This document shows positions 41,206 to 51,523 of a stretch of DNA of 64,000 nucleotides, in pieces. A program made the position numbers and the translations under genes. The notes under the pieces were generated by a model, which did not search any database, was not told where the DNA came from, and saw only the letters and a program-made list of their open reading frames with translations. This DNA is from an uncultured Bacteroidales bacterium (GTDB lineage Bacteria; Bacteroidota; Bacteroidia; Bacteroidales; TTA-H9). Each line of letters opens with the position of its first letter. Position 1 is the stretch's first letter. The stretch covers positions 16,758-80,757 of the forward strand of contig CAZKHA010000002.1 in NCBI GenBank assembly GCA_964552325.1, given 5' to 3'.

Positions 41206-43149
41206 GTGATCCGACAAGAAACCATAGCCAAAATACTTGATGCCGCACGCGTTGAAGAAGTTGTGGGTGAATTTGTTTCCCTTAAAAAGAAGGGAGGCAA
41301 TTACACGGGCCTATGTCCTTTCCATAACGAAAAAACGCCCTCGTTTTATGTTTCGCCCGTAAAAGGCATTTACAAATGCTTTGGTTGCAGTGCTTCGGGT
41401 ACTGCGGTGCGCTTTTTAATGGATCATGAGCATTATACCTATCCTGAAGCGCTTAGGTACCTTGCTAAAAAATACAATATTGAAGTTGAGGAACATGAGC
41501 AAACCGCCGAGGATATAAAGGCAGCGGGCGAACGCGAGAGCCTTTACAGCGTAACGGCATTGGCTGCAAGCTTTTTTACCGAAACCCTATGGAACACCGA
41601 GCCAGGCCGCTCTATTGCCTTATCATACTTTGAAGAACGCGATTTTTCGCATGCCACTATTACCAAATTTGGATTGGGCTTTGCCCCCGATAGCCGTGAT
41701 GCACTGTTTAAATTTGCTGCCACAAAAGGATATAAACCCGAATACCTCGAAAAAGCCGGTTTGGTTTTAGATAAAGATGGTACATATATTGACCGCTTCA
41801 GAAACCGTGTAATTTTCCCCATACACAACCTCTCGGGCAGGGTAATTGGATTTGGTGGCAGGATACTCACCCGCGAAAAAAACCTCGCCAAATACATCAA
41901 TTCGCCCGAATCCGAGATCTACCACAAAACCAATGTGCTTTATGGAATATCATTTGCCAAAAAAGACATTGCCAGCCTCGACAATTGCTACTTGGTAGAA
42001 GGCTATACCGATGTGATATCAATGCATCAGGCTGGAATTACCAATGTGGTAGCCTCCTCGGGAACCTCGCTTACTACCGAACAGATTCGACTTATAAAAC
42101 GCTATACCTCAAATATTACCATTTTATATGATGGAGATTTGGCAGGTATAAAAGCTTCTTTTAGAGGCATTGATATGGTTTTGCAGGAAGCTTTAAACGT
42201 GCGAATCGTATTGTTTCCGGATGGAGAAGACCCAGATTCGTTTTCGCGAAAAAAACGCCCCGAAGAAGTTAAGGAATACATTACAACCCAAGCTAATGAT
42301 TTCATCGTATTTAAAACCAACCTCTTACTAAAAGAAGCAGAGGGAGACCCAATTAAACGGGCTGGACTAATCAAAGAAATTATTTCTTCTATTGCCCTGA
42401 TTCCAGATGGTATTATCCGTGAGGCTTATGTGCGGGAGTGCTCATCGTTGATGGATATGCGCGAGCAAACTTTAATTTTTGAACTCAACAAACTGCTGCG
42501 CAAGGGCCAAAAAAAAGAAGATGCCCCAGCCGAGCCAATAGCTTCTGAAAATCAACCTATTGAAATTCCTGCTCAGAAGGATAACGATCGGCTGAACCTA
42601 AAGACCCAAGAACTAAACATCATACGAATTTTGATTAGCTATGGCGACCAAGATTTTTCATTTCCTGTTATAAAACCCAAAGGCATTATTGAAGAAGTAC
42701 CTGTTAAAACCGGACTATTTATTGTAAATGAACTAATTGAAGATGAATACACCTTCGAAAATCCCATTTACCATAAAATCTTTAGCGAGTACAAGGAAGC
42801 ATTTAAAAATGAGTTGGTTCCTGGTGAGCAGTTCTTTATAAACCATTCAGATACCGAAATTTCTGACTTTACCATTTCCTTAATAGCTACACCCTTTCAG
42901 TTAAGCCCCAATTGGTTCGATCGGAAAGGAATTCATACCCCCACCGAACTCGAAAAACTCAAAGACTTGGTAATTAACTCGGTATATTCGCTAAAACTGC
43001 GAAAAATCGAAATAATGATTGCTGAAATACAGGAAGAAATAAAAACAGCCGACGAGATAGATGTAATGCTATTATTGAAAAAACAGTTTGATTTACAAAC
43101 ACTAAGAAGTGCCGTTTCGAAACAGCTTGGAAGGATTATCCTTAATTGA
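41206..43149 (+). CDS. dnaG: DNA primase
   Basis: CPFHNEKTPSF...CFGC zinc finger, FRNRVIFPI, KYINSPE, VEGYTD, YDGD, DPD. Confidence 0.97.
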   Translation: MIRQETIAKILDAARVEEVVGEFVSLKKKGGNYTGLCPFHNEKTPSFYVSPVKGIYKCFGCSASGTAVRFLMDHEHYTYPEALRYLAKKYNIEVEEHEQTAEDIKAAGERESLYSVTALAASFFTETLWNTEPGRSIALSYFEERDFSHATITKFGLGFAPDSRDALFKFAATKGYKPEYLEKAGLVLDKDGTYIDRFRNRVIFPIHNLSGRVIGFGGRILTREKNLAKYINSPESEIYHKTNVLYGISFAKKDIASLDNCYLVEGYTDVISMHQAGITNVVASSGTSLTTEQIRLIKRYTSNITILYDGDLAGIKASFRGIDMVLQEALNVRIVLFPDGEDPDSFSRKKRPEEVKEYITTQANDFIVFKTNLLLKEAEGDPIKRAGLIKEIISSIALIPDGIIREAYVRECSSLMDMREQTLIFELNKLLRKGQKKEDAPAEPIASENQPIEIPAQKDNDRLNLKTQELNIIRILISYGDQDFSFPVIKPKGIIEEVPVKTGLFIVNELIEDEYTFENPIYHKIFSEYKEAFKNELVPGEQFFINHSDTEISDFTISLIATPFQLSPNWFDRKGIHTPTELEKLKDLVINSVYSLKLRKIEIMIAEIQEEIKTADEIDVMLLLKKQFDLQTLRSAVSKQLGRIILN

Positions 43150-46100
43150 CAAGAAATTTTTGCAAGACTGTTGAACCTTTAATCCGTACGAAATAAGCTC
43201 CTTTTGCAAAAGCGCTCAAATCAATACGCAGCTGATTGATTGTTGATACAAGCTTTTGTGCATAAACAATCTTTCCATTTGCATCCATTATCTCCAATTC
43301 GCTATCAGCATTAACAGGCAAATTGAATTTGATGCCTAAATATGTACTTGCCGGATTGGGAAACAACCCAAGCAAATTTGCTCTTAATGGATCGTTTAGG
43401 CCCCAGCCTGGGCAGTGGGTCATACTAACCTTAATTGAATCAGAGGTTTCACAAGCATTACCATCAACCACCTTTACACTAAAAATTGCCGAAGATCCCA
43501 CAGGAACCACTATCGAATCAATTTCTAAAAAACGGCTTGCGGAACCAGTGGACCATTGATAGGACGAAAAGTCAGCACCTGCATCAAGGATAAGGGTTTG
43601 AAGTGTGCAAATGGATGTATCGGTACCTAAATGGATGCTGGGTAGTTGAAAAACGGTAACGCGTATCGAATCGCAAGGTGAATCGCCACATGCGTTGCTA
43701 ATTTGGGCATAATACGTTTGTGAGGAAGTTGGCGCAAGAACATTGTTATGGTAGGCTGTTCCCGCAATGCTCCCATTACAAGCTCCTAAATACCATATAA
43801 TTGAATCACCTGATACTGAATCGGCAGCAAGTTGAATAGCGGAAACAGCACCTAAGCAGTAACTTGATGGGGTTGCAAGTAGGTTGGTGGGTTGCGTTGG
43901 TGGACTTTGAATAAAGACCATTAAAGAATCTTCGGTGGTGGCCATATTGGTAATAGCCTTAAGCTTAAGGCGAACCTTTCCATTGGTTATATCTTGTAAT
44001 CCAGGAAAATAATCGGTTATTAAGGCTTGTGGCTGGCTAAAAACACCATCACCCATAGTTGTCCATGTAATGGATGCATAATTAGAGCCAACCGCCTCAA
44101 TATGAACCGAATCTTGATTAGCACAAATACCTCGATCAGTTCCTGCTTCAACCTGTGGCAGGTTAAATATTGGCAGTGAAATATAATCAACCCAGACCTT
44201 ATCTTCACCTGCCGAAAAATAAGGATCTTTGCTATACTGCCACCTAAGCGTATGATTACCTGCTGGAACCATATAAGCAACACGTTTCCAATCACGTATG
44301 CCCGACCATTTTCCGTACCGTATATTATCAACATAAAACTGCAATTGGTCATAATTTGATTCGGTGGAAGTTTTATACCAGAACGAAACCGAATCATCGG
44401 AGGCTATTTGGTATGAAAGGTATAAAACAGATTCTTCTTCATCGTCTATATCGCCAGACGCTGCACAGAAATGGCCTTCGTATGGCAAGTTTGAGGCAAT
44501 TGAAAAGAGCTTGTTGCCGCTGCGCATCCAGGGATACTTTTGAAAACTGCCCGTTTCCCAATCTTCAACAATAAGTCCAACACGGGAGAAAAAATCCTTT
44601 TGTGCAAAAAATAAGCCCGATTGTGCTTCGAAGTGGAACATTATATTTATTCCATAAGGAGCTGTAGGCGCCAGTTTTACACTAAAATAAGCTGTATCTA
44701 TTTGATTACTTACCAATTGTGGAATAATTGAACTTGACTGCAGCACCTGAAGCTCAGGAGTGGAGGTAGTTAGGCTGCATAAAACCGATTCCAACGGAAA
44801 ATCGCCAGTATTCTGCACCCACAGCTTAAGGATGGCTTGCTCGCCAGGATCAAGAATTTTGTTTGCATTTCCTTCTTCATCATTGATGGCATAGGTGAGT
44901 ATTGCAAGTTGTGGAGCTTTTGAAACAATTCTAAAATGGCTGTACCAAGTACTATCGCCATCGGTTGCTTTAAGGTCAAAGCGTACGTTTATACCATCGG
45001 GAATTGTATCGGAGACTTTTAGGGTGTAAGCTTCTTCTTTAGCTATGGATTGGCCGATATTGAAACTACCATAGTTTTCGATGCTATCGGTGATAGTGAC
45101 ATAAGGTGAGGTGCTTAAAAGTGTAACAACAACATTTTGAGCAGGTTCATCACCAATATTTTTCATTGTAATGGTAAAGTGCACCGAATCGCCAAAAATC
45201 AATTCGGGCTCGTTGCTAGGGTCGGCGGGTGTTATTTCAAGGTTTTGATAAATCACATATGGCTGATTTGGCGGAGGTCCGGTTTCAAAAGGGCTGGTAT
45301 AGGCGAGGGTATTACCGGAACGATTGTCGCTCCAAACGGGATAAACTTTTCGATCGTAGGCCGTAATTCCCAAATAATCACCCATATAGCCACCTCCAAG
45401 GCCTGGAATAGGGGAGGGGGTAAACGCAAAATCGCTCACCCTGAAATCGTCCCATGCTTGGCCTCCATCATACGAATTTGCAACCCAAACCTCACAATCC
45501 TCGGGACCTGTATTACGGTCGTCGAAAAAAATTACACTTAAGGTTCCCGTAACGGGGTCGCAGGTAATCCAGGGCATGAAATGTTCTTTGCCCAAACCCG
45601 GCGCATCTTGGTTTATTTTAATCGGATCGCTCCACGATGCCCCATTATTGCTCGATTTTATGAGGTAAAGGTCAATATCCGGACCGGTATTTACACCCGG
45701 AAATCCCAAATTATTCCACACCACATAAATTGTTCCCCGGTTTGGGCCGTTACTTTGGTCAACAGCCATAACCGGAAAACCGCTTACTCGCATATTTTTT
45801 GATGTTAAAGAATTACGCAAACCATTGATATTATTTATAATACGGTAAGCAGGCTCAAAGGTTTGGCCACCATCAAATGAGCGTGCAAAACCCAAGGCAT
45901 TTTCATCGCCCGGCCAAGTATCATAAATGGCCCAAACTAAGTACAGCTCTCCATTGGGCCCTGTTTGTATGTTTACACCTTGGCTATGTGCCAATGCATT
46001 TACACCAAGACTTACATTCATTGGAGAGGACCATGAAATACCATTGTTGATGGACCGTGCAAGTTGAATTAATCCATTGTTGTTGCCACCAAAACGTGTC

Positions 46101-46798
46101 CAAGCGGCATAAACATTGCCTAAGTACGGGCTGGTTGTACTGTTATCAACCCATAAATGATTCTTATCAAGTAGGTTAGGATATCCTGTAACACTTGCCA
46201 GAACCACATCATCCCAGGTTTGGCCACCATTAACCGAACGAGCCACCGACTGGCCATAAAAAGCATTTATTTTGCCAATGTACATGGTACTGTTTAACGA
46301 AATAGCAGCAGCAGGATCACCTGCATTATCCTCGCCAGCACCATATAGTTGGCCTTCCCACGATTGCCCAGCGTCCTCTGAAAGTTGGTAATTAGCACCA
46401 AACATCATTTGGGCAGGATAATCGGAACTATTGTTTGAATTGAGAATGCTATCATTATCGTTGGGATTGACAAACACCGAGTTTTCACTTTGAGTTGTTA
46501 AGCCTTCTTCAATTAAAACATCGGGCGAATCCTGAATACTACCCTGACGCATAATAAGTTGGCTTCCTTTAAAAATCGGTGGTTTATAACCTTTATCATC
46601 GGCCACTTTAATCAACCCATTCTTGGCTTGCTGCCTCCAATAAAACATATTATCAACCCGATTATCATAGTAAGGTGATGGATTGGCCAGTAGGTTCAAT
46701 TGCCGGTCAATTCCTTTCTTTTGAGCATTAGAATATGGGCATGCTGCAAAAAACAGTATAAACCAAAGGCATACGCTAAAAGCATTCGAACTTCTCAT
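43142..46798 (-). CDS. T9SS cargo: BNR/Asp-box beta-propeller plus Ig-like and adhesin-like domains and CTD
   Basis: Six SxxxGxxW/F boxes (SEDAGQSW, SVNGGQTW, SINNGISW, SFDGGQTF, SSNNGASW, SYDGGQAW); C-terminal FPNPA...G.YFVRI...K. Confidence 0.75.
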   Translation of the reverse strand: MRSSNAFSVCLWFILFFAACPYSNAQKKGIDRQLNLLANPSPYYDNRVDNMFYWRQQAKNGLIKVADDKGYKPPIFKGSQLIMRQGSIQDSPDVLIEEGLTTQSENSVFVNPNDNDSILNSNNSSDYPAQMMFGANYQLSEDAGQSWEGQLYGAGEDNAGDPAAAISLNSTMYIGKINAFYGQSVARSVNGGQTWDDVVLASVTGYPNLLDKNHLWVDNSTTSPYLGNVYAAWTRFGGNNNGLIQLARSINNGISWSSPMNVSLGVNALAHSQGVNIQTGPNGELYLVWAIYDTWPGDENALGFARSFDGGQTFEPAYRIINNINGLRNSLTSKNMRVSGFPVMAVDQSNGPNRGTIYVVWNNLGFPGVNTGPDIDLYLIKSSNNGASWSDPIKINQDAPGLGKEHFMPWITCDPVTGTLSVIFFDDRNTGPEDCEVWVANSYDGGQAWDDFRVSDFAFTPSPIPGLGGGYMGDYLGITAYDRKVYPVWSDNRSGNTLAYTSPFETGPPPNQPYVIYQNLEITPADPSNEPELIFGDSVHFTITMKNIGDEPAQNVVVTLLSTSPYVTITDSIENYGSFNIGQSIAKEEAYTLKVSDTIPDGINVRFDLKATDGDSTWYSHFRIVSKAPQLAILTYAINDEEGNANKILDPGEQAILKLWVQNTGDFPLESVLCSLTTSTPELQVLQSSSIIPQLVSNQIDTAYFSVKLAPTAPYGINIMFHFEAQSGLFFAQKDFFSRVGLIVEDWETGSFQKYPWMRSGNKLFSIASNLPYEGHFCAASGDIDDEEESVLYLSYQIASDDSVSFWYKTSTESNYDQLQFYVDNIRYGKWSGIRDWKRVAYMVPAGNHTLRWQYSKDPYFSAGEDKVWVDYISLPIFNLPQVEAGTDRGICANQDSVHIEAVGSNYASITWTTMGDGVFSQPQALITDYFPGLQDITNGKVRLKLKAITNMATTEDSLMVFIQSPPTQPTNLLATPSSYCLGAVSAIQLAADSVSGDSIIWYLGACNGSIAGTAYHNNVLAPTSSQTYYAQISNACGDSPCDSIRVTVFQLPSIHLGTDTSICTLQTLILDAGADFSSYQWSTGSASRFLEIDSIVVPVGSSAIFSVKVVDGNACETSDSIKVSMTHCPGWGLNDPLRANLLGLFPNPASTYLGIKFNLPVNADSELEIMDANGKIVYAQKLVSTINQLRIDLSAFAKGAYFVRIKGSTVLQKFLVN

Positions 46799-46833
46799 GA
46801 CAAACAGGGGTTGATATTCAGGCATAAAAGTAT

Positions 46834-46859
46834 AAAAAAAGCCGGGCATACACCCGGCT
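46834..46859 (-). terminator. Intrinsic terminator after deiminase gene
   Basis: Minus strand AGCCGGG...CCCGGCT followed by T-run. Confidence 0.8.
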
Positions 46860-46880
46860 CATTCAATAAAGAAGTTATTT

Positions 46881-48929
46881 TTAACGTACTAGCACTACCC
46901 GAGCCTGTTTAACCTCCTTATTGGAAGTCATACGAATTATGTACACGCCTTGGGGTAAATCTTGGCCTGCTTGCCCGGTTCCATCCCATTGAATTGAATG
47001 GATTCCTGCTGTAATATACTGATTTAAAATATTCTTAACACAAGTTCCTGCCAAATCATAAACTCCTAAATCAATACTAGTACTTTCCGTGACATTCAGT
47101 TTGATAAGCGTATTTGCCGTAAAAGGATTTGGTGTAATGTTAATTTGGGCTACAGAAACTGGTTTCGTGATTCCAACACCAGAGTTAACCTCAAAAGTAA
47201 CTAAGATTGAATCCTTTGGCAAATCAGGGTCGTTGGAGTTTACATAGATTTTACCCTGATAGGTACCTACCGATAAGAGACTTGCATCGAGCAATACATT
47301 AATTTGGGCATTGGCACTTGGGCTTAGCACTCCTCCTGTGCTTTGCGGAATTATCCAAGTTGAAGAGCTAGCATCGGCAGCTACGGTATAAATAAGGTCG
47401 GCACTACCCGTATTTTCAATTGTAAATGAACTATTTACAGTATTTCCGGGTGTGGATACAGTATCAATAACATGATTATCAATTGCCATATGTGCATGAA
47501 CAGCAGCGCCTACCGTAAACACATGTGGGTCAGGCTCTCCAATATAAGGATGCAGCATAACGTTGCCGCTGGCATCTTTGGCTTTAAGATAATAGGCTAT
47601 GGTACTTCCTTCGGCTTGTCGTGGAATAGTTGCAGAATAGGAGCGGTAGCCGGTTTTGGTTAAAGGAAGGGTTTGATAGCTTCCGCCGTTTACTTTATAA
47701 TAAACCAAGGTAGAATCAGCTACAAGAGCTGAACCACTTAAAGGGGCTATTATGGCTGAAAGATGATAATCTTCGTCACTGGGCTGCTGGGTTAAAATGG
47801 GCATATGCTTCACATAAAGCATGTTTTTATCCCCCATTTCATGTGTGCGACAGTGCAATGCATCAGTTGATTCCCAAGGAGTTGAAGCAGCTTCATAAAC
47901 CCCAACAATCTCATATCCAGGCATTGCGTTTTGATAAACGAGCATTGCTTGGTTATCGTAAGTAGCGTTTCCTTTTAAAGGCACAAACACTTTTTTATTG
48001 ATAATATAGGAATTGGTATAGGGCTGATCATTGGGTGTATTTACCCTAAAAACCTGGTAAGTAGTTCCATAACCGCTGATGGCTGTTTGCCAGAATGCCG
48101 CTGCTGCTTCAATAAGTGCATATTGTGGGTGTGAGGTGGGGACTTGCCGTACAAGGATTTTATCAACATCCAAAAATTTTGACCAGCAGTCAATATGATC
48201 AATGTAAGTTCCATTAGGGTCAGGGCGAATGTAGTAGGTTTCAACACCCAGGTAATCCTTAAATTTCTGGTTGATCTCAGCAACTGTTTGGGTTGGATTT
48301 TCTTCTACAACCAAATCGGTTGAGGCTGCTTTGCCCATGCCATCGCACATATAATTGCCGCCGGTATGAATTACATTCATTCCAAAAAGCGGGTAGTTCA
48401 TCAATTGGGCAACTTTTACTGGGATATCATCGTCTTGTGGACGGCTGGGTCGGTTATACGGAAAATCGGAAACACTAACGGTATAACTACTATCTAGTAC
48501 AAACCAAGGGCCGTAATCACGTGTCCAATAACTATTTGAAGGTGCTATTAAAAAATCGCAATTAGCTGTGTTAACGCCATTGCTTGTGTATTGGTTTAAG
48601 ACGGTGGTTTGTTGCGACGCACTTGAAACGATGGTAGTAACTTGATAGTCTTCTGCTATTGCTTTGATCAACGTAATAGGAATTCCGAACGGATACCTGA
48701 CCAATGTACCTTGGGCATGGTTAAATTCGGCCAGATTAACAACCGGTGCCAAAGGAGGGTCGGTGGGGGTAAAACTTTTTATGGGACTAAAAAAATCTAA
48801 CAGATTGGCAGCAGCGTGCGCTTGGTTAGAAACAATGCCATGATTTTTTTCAGGATTTTGTGCTAAAGAAGCTATTGAAAAAAAACATAAGCAGCTTATA
48901 ACCAATAAAATAGTGTAAAACTGTTTCAT
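46881..48929 (-). CDS. Secreted peptidylarginine deiminase (PPAD-like, agmatine deiminase superfamily) with Ig-like domains and T9SS CTD
   Basis: Signal peptide from ATG 48929; LVRYPFGIP, YWTRD, YNRPSRP, GGNYM, DPNGTYIDHIDCW, QPYTN, TDALHCRTHE, IGEPDP; CTD PNPF...WDG...GVY. Confidence 0.88.
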   Translation of the reverse strand: MKQFYTILLVISCLCFFSIASLAQNPEKNHGIVSNQAHAAANLLDFFSPIKSFTPTDPPLAPVVNLAEFNHAQGTLVRYPFGIPITLIKAIAEDYQVTTIVSSASQQTTVLNQYTSNGVNTANCDFLIAPSNSYWTRDYGPWFVLDSSYTVSVSDFPYNRPSRPQDDDIPVKVAQLMNYPLFGMNVIHTGGNYMCDGMGKAASTDLVVEENPTQTVAEINQKFKDYLGVETYYIRPDPNGTYIDHIDCWSKFLDVDKILVRQVPTSHPQYALIEAAAAFWQTAISGYGTTYQVFRVNTPNDQPYTNSYIINKKVFVPLKGNATYDNQAMLVYQNAMPGYEIVGVYEAASTPWESTDALHCRTHEMGDKNMLYVKHMPILTQQPSDEDYHLSAIIAPLSGSALVADSTLVYYKVNGGSYQTLPLTKTGYRSYSATIPRQAEGSTIAYYLKAKDASGNVMLHPYIGEPDPHVFTVGAAVHAHMAIDNHVIDTVSTPGNTVNSSFTIENTGSADLIYTVAADASSSTWIIPQSTGGVLSPSANAQINVLLDASLLSVGTYQGKIYVNSNDPDLPKDSILVTFEVNSGVGITKPVSVAQINITPNPFTANTLIKLNVTESTSIDLGVYDLAGTCVKNILNQYITAGIHSIQWDGTGQAGQDLPQGVYIIRMTSNKEVKQARVVLVR

Positions 48930-48971
48930 AAATACATCGGTTTGTTTGAATTTGGTGCAAAAAAATTTATG

Positions 48972-48979
48972 CAAAAGTA
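48972..48979 (-). promoter_or_regulatory. -7 element (TACTTTTG) for the PPAD-like gene
   Basis: TAnnTTTGCA on minus strand; a divergent TACCTTTG lies at 49055-49062. Confidence 0.55.
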
Positions 48980-49091
48980 GCAAAGTTTGCATCTATTAAT
49001 AATATCATTCCTAAGCCCAAGCCTTTGCTATTGATCAAAAACTCAATAAGTAGCTACCTTTGGAACTTGAATGTATGATAAACCAATACCT

Positions 49092-49427
49092 ATGGAACAT
49101 AACTGGACCGAAAACCTAAACATTGCAATAACAGTTTGCAATACAGAGGCTGACATTATTTATATGAATGCGAAATCGAGAGCAACCTTTGCCAAGTACG
49201 GTGAAAACCTCTTGAATCAAAGCCTATACAATTGCCATGGCGAGGCTTCGTCAGAAAAAATTAGGCAAATGCTAAGCGATGGAAGCGAAAATATTTACAC
49301 CATTGAGAAAGCTGGTGTTAAAAAAATCATTGTTCAGATGCCCTGGAAACAAGATGAACTTATTGCAGGATTGGTAGAACTTTCGATTGAACTACCCAAG
49401 GATATGGCACATTTTGTTAGAAAATGA
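49092..49427 (+). CDS. Stand-alone PAS-domain protein
   Basis: AITVC...IIYMN...L.NCH...N.YTIEK.G.KK PAS pattern; start 49092 or 49071. Confidence 0.7.
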   Translation: MEHNWTENLNIAITVCNTEADIIYMNAKSRATFAKYGENLLNQSLYNCHGEASSEKIRQMLSDGSENIYTIEKAGVKKIIVQMPWKQDELIAGLVELSIELPKDMAHFVRK

Positions 49428-49727
49428 TTCACAATACGAAGTGTTAAGTAATTATAATTTAGGTTTTTAACATTCCTACAAACTCACTTGCACCTAAGTT
49501 GAATGTTAATAACTTGTTGAAGTTGGCTGTTTGCAAAAGTTTTGTATATTTTTGTAAAATGCGTGATTATGCATCAAACTGTTCAAATACTATATTGTCA
49601 TTGATTAAGTTATACAAGTTTGCGGGACTTCGAGGCCTATAAACTTCCGTTTTCTAAAAGAATTTGAAGTGCAGAAAGCATAATCATTTGTAAATGAAAC
49701 ATTAATAGTGAAACTAAAATACATAGT

Positions 49728-51506
49728 ATGCTAATTATTAAAAAGTTAGGACTTAGCATTGCAGCCACGCTCTGCCTGACTTCCGTTTTTTCGCAGCAGG
49801 TGCAAACCCAGCCCGATACAATACCGGTAGCTGATACAGCCCAAGAATTTGCAATATTTCAAAAACCCAAGATCAACAAAAACGACCTGGTGACTGATTC
49901 ACCCATAGTGGCAGCTCTTGACAGCTTGGCCAATATTAGGTTTTTTCAGGACTATTACATGAACCTTGATCCAACGCTTTTAAACGTTTTTAAATTTCCA
50001 GTTGACTTTGTACCTACCTATCCTGATTCAGTTTATATAGCACGTATTAAAAAACTAGATGCCCAAACGCCTATCGATCTTACATTTAACCAACATGTTA
50101 AAGATTACATTCTGTTGTATGCCAACCGTAAGCGCGGGCTAACTACCCGTGTTTTAGGTCTTTCGTATGTTTATTTCCCTTTGTATGAGGAGATGCTTGA
50201 TAAATATGACATGCCGTTGGAGCTTAAATACTTATCAGTAATTGAATCAGCTTTAAACCCTGTGGCCGGCTCACCTGTGGGGGCTAAAGGCCTTTGGCAG
50301 TTTATGTATGGCACAGGTAAGGTTTATGGACTAACTGCAACTTCCTATATTGATGATCGGTTTGATCCGTATTTGGCTACTGATGCCGCATGCAGGCATA
50401 TGAAAGACCTATACGATATTTATGGAGATTGGTTTTTGGTATTAGCGGCCTACAATTCGGGAGCCGGAAACGTTAATAAGGCCATCCGAAAAGCTGGAGG
50501 CACCAAAAATTACTGGGCTATTTGGCCATTTTTGCCTCGTGAAACCCGTGGCTATGTACCTGCTTTTATCGCCGTAACCTATGTAATGAACTATGCCAAA
50601 GAGCATAACCTTTATCCATTGCATCCTGGAATATTGTACAATGGAATTGATACTGTTATAGTTAGGCAACCTTTATCGTTTGAGCAAATTCACGAAAAAC
50701 TAGGGATTTCAGTAGCAGATCTAAAATTTTTAAACCCAGCCTATAAATTGGGTGTGATTCCTTCAACACCTGAAAAACAATATTATCTGCGTTTACCTCG
50801 CGAGTATATAGGTCTGTTTATTAACAACGAGATTGCTTTGTACAACTATCGTACTTCAAAAGGTATTGAAAAGGAAAGGCTTATTGAGCAAATTAAACTA
50901 GCTAAAGAGCAGGTAATCCACATAGTGAAAAAAGGTGAAACCCTAGCCTCCATTGCCAAAAAATACAAGGTATCAGTTGGCGATATAAAACGCTGGAACA
51001 ACCTGACAAAGAACTATGTAAAACGAAAAAAGCGCCTTACCATATACCCAGGTGCTAGCTCTGAACAAGCAAAACAAACTGCAGAAATTGATCCTAAAAA
51101 AGAAGAACAAAAGCCTAAAGAAGAACCTAAAAATGATGTGGAATCAAGCTTCCATATTGTACAAGCAGGTGAGACGCTGTTAAAAATATCGAAACAATAT
51201 GGCTGCAGTATCGATGATTTGAAAAAATGGAATGATTTATCTGGCTCGGCTATTCAAGTTAAACAAAAGCTGTTTATAAAAGAACACACTTCAAAGAAGG
51301 AAGACAAAAGCAAACAAGATTCCGTAGTTCAGAATGCTCCTAAAAAAGCAAAAGTTAAAACTTACAAAGTAAAGGATGGAGATACTTTGTGGGAAATTGC
51401 TGAAAAGTTTGATGGTGTAACCGTTGATCAAATTAAAAAGCTTAACAAGATGAAATCGAATAATTTAAAAGTGGGACAAAATCTTAAGATACCGATTATT
51501 AACTAA
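49728..51506 (+). CDS. mltD: Lytic murein transglycosylase D-like (SLT plus 3 LysM)
   Basis: YLSVIES, GLWQFM, AAYNSG, LPRETRGYVP; three LysM repeats. Confidence 0.9.
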   Translation: MLIIKKLGLSIAATLCLTSVFSQQVQTQPDTIPVADTAQEFAIFQKPKINKNDLVTDSPIVAALDSLANIRFFQDYYMNLDPTLLNVFKFPVDFVPTYPDSVYIARIKKLDAQTPIDLTFNQHVKDYILLYANRKRGLTTRVLGLSYVYFPLYEEMLDKYDMPLELKYLSVIESALNPVAGSPVGAKGLWQFMYGTGKVYGLTATSYIDDRFDPYLATDAACRHMKDLYDIYGDWFLVLAAYNSGAGNVNKAIRKAGGTKNYWAIWPFLPRETRGYVPAFIAVTYVMNYAKEHNLYPLHPGILYNGIDTVIVRQPLSFEQIHEKLGISVADLKFLNPAYKLGVIPSTPEKQYYLRLPREYIGLFINNEIALYNYRTSKGIEKERLIEQIKLAKEQVIHIVKKGETLASIAKKYKVSVGDIKRWNNLTKNYVKRKKRLTIYPGASSEQAKQTAEIDPKKEEQKPKEEPKNDVESSFHIVQAGETLLKISKQYGCSIDDLKKWNDLSGSAIQVKQKLFIKEHTSKKEDKSKQDSVVQNAPKKAKVKTYKVKDGDTLWEIAEKFDGVTVDQIKKLNKMKSNNLKVGQNLKIPIIN

Positions 51507-51523
51507 TTATAAAATTTTTCTTT

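Noticed and set aside
45137-45802. Plus-strand ORFs of 134 and 73 aa
   Set aside because: Antisense shadows within the T9SS cargo gene
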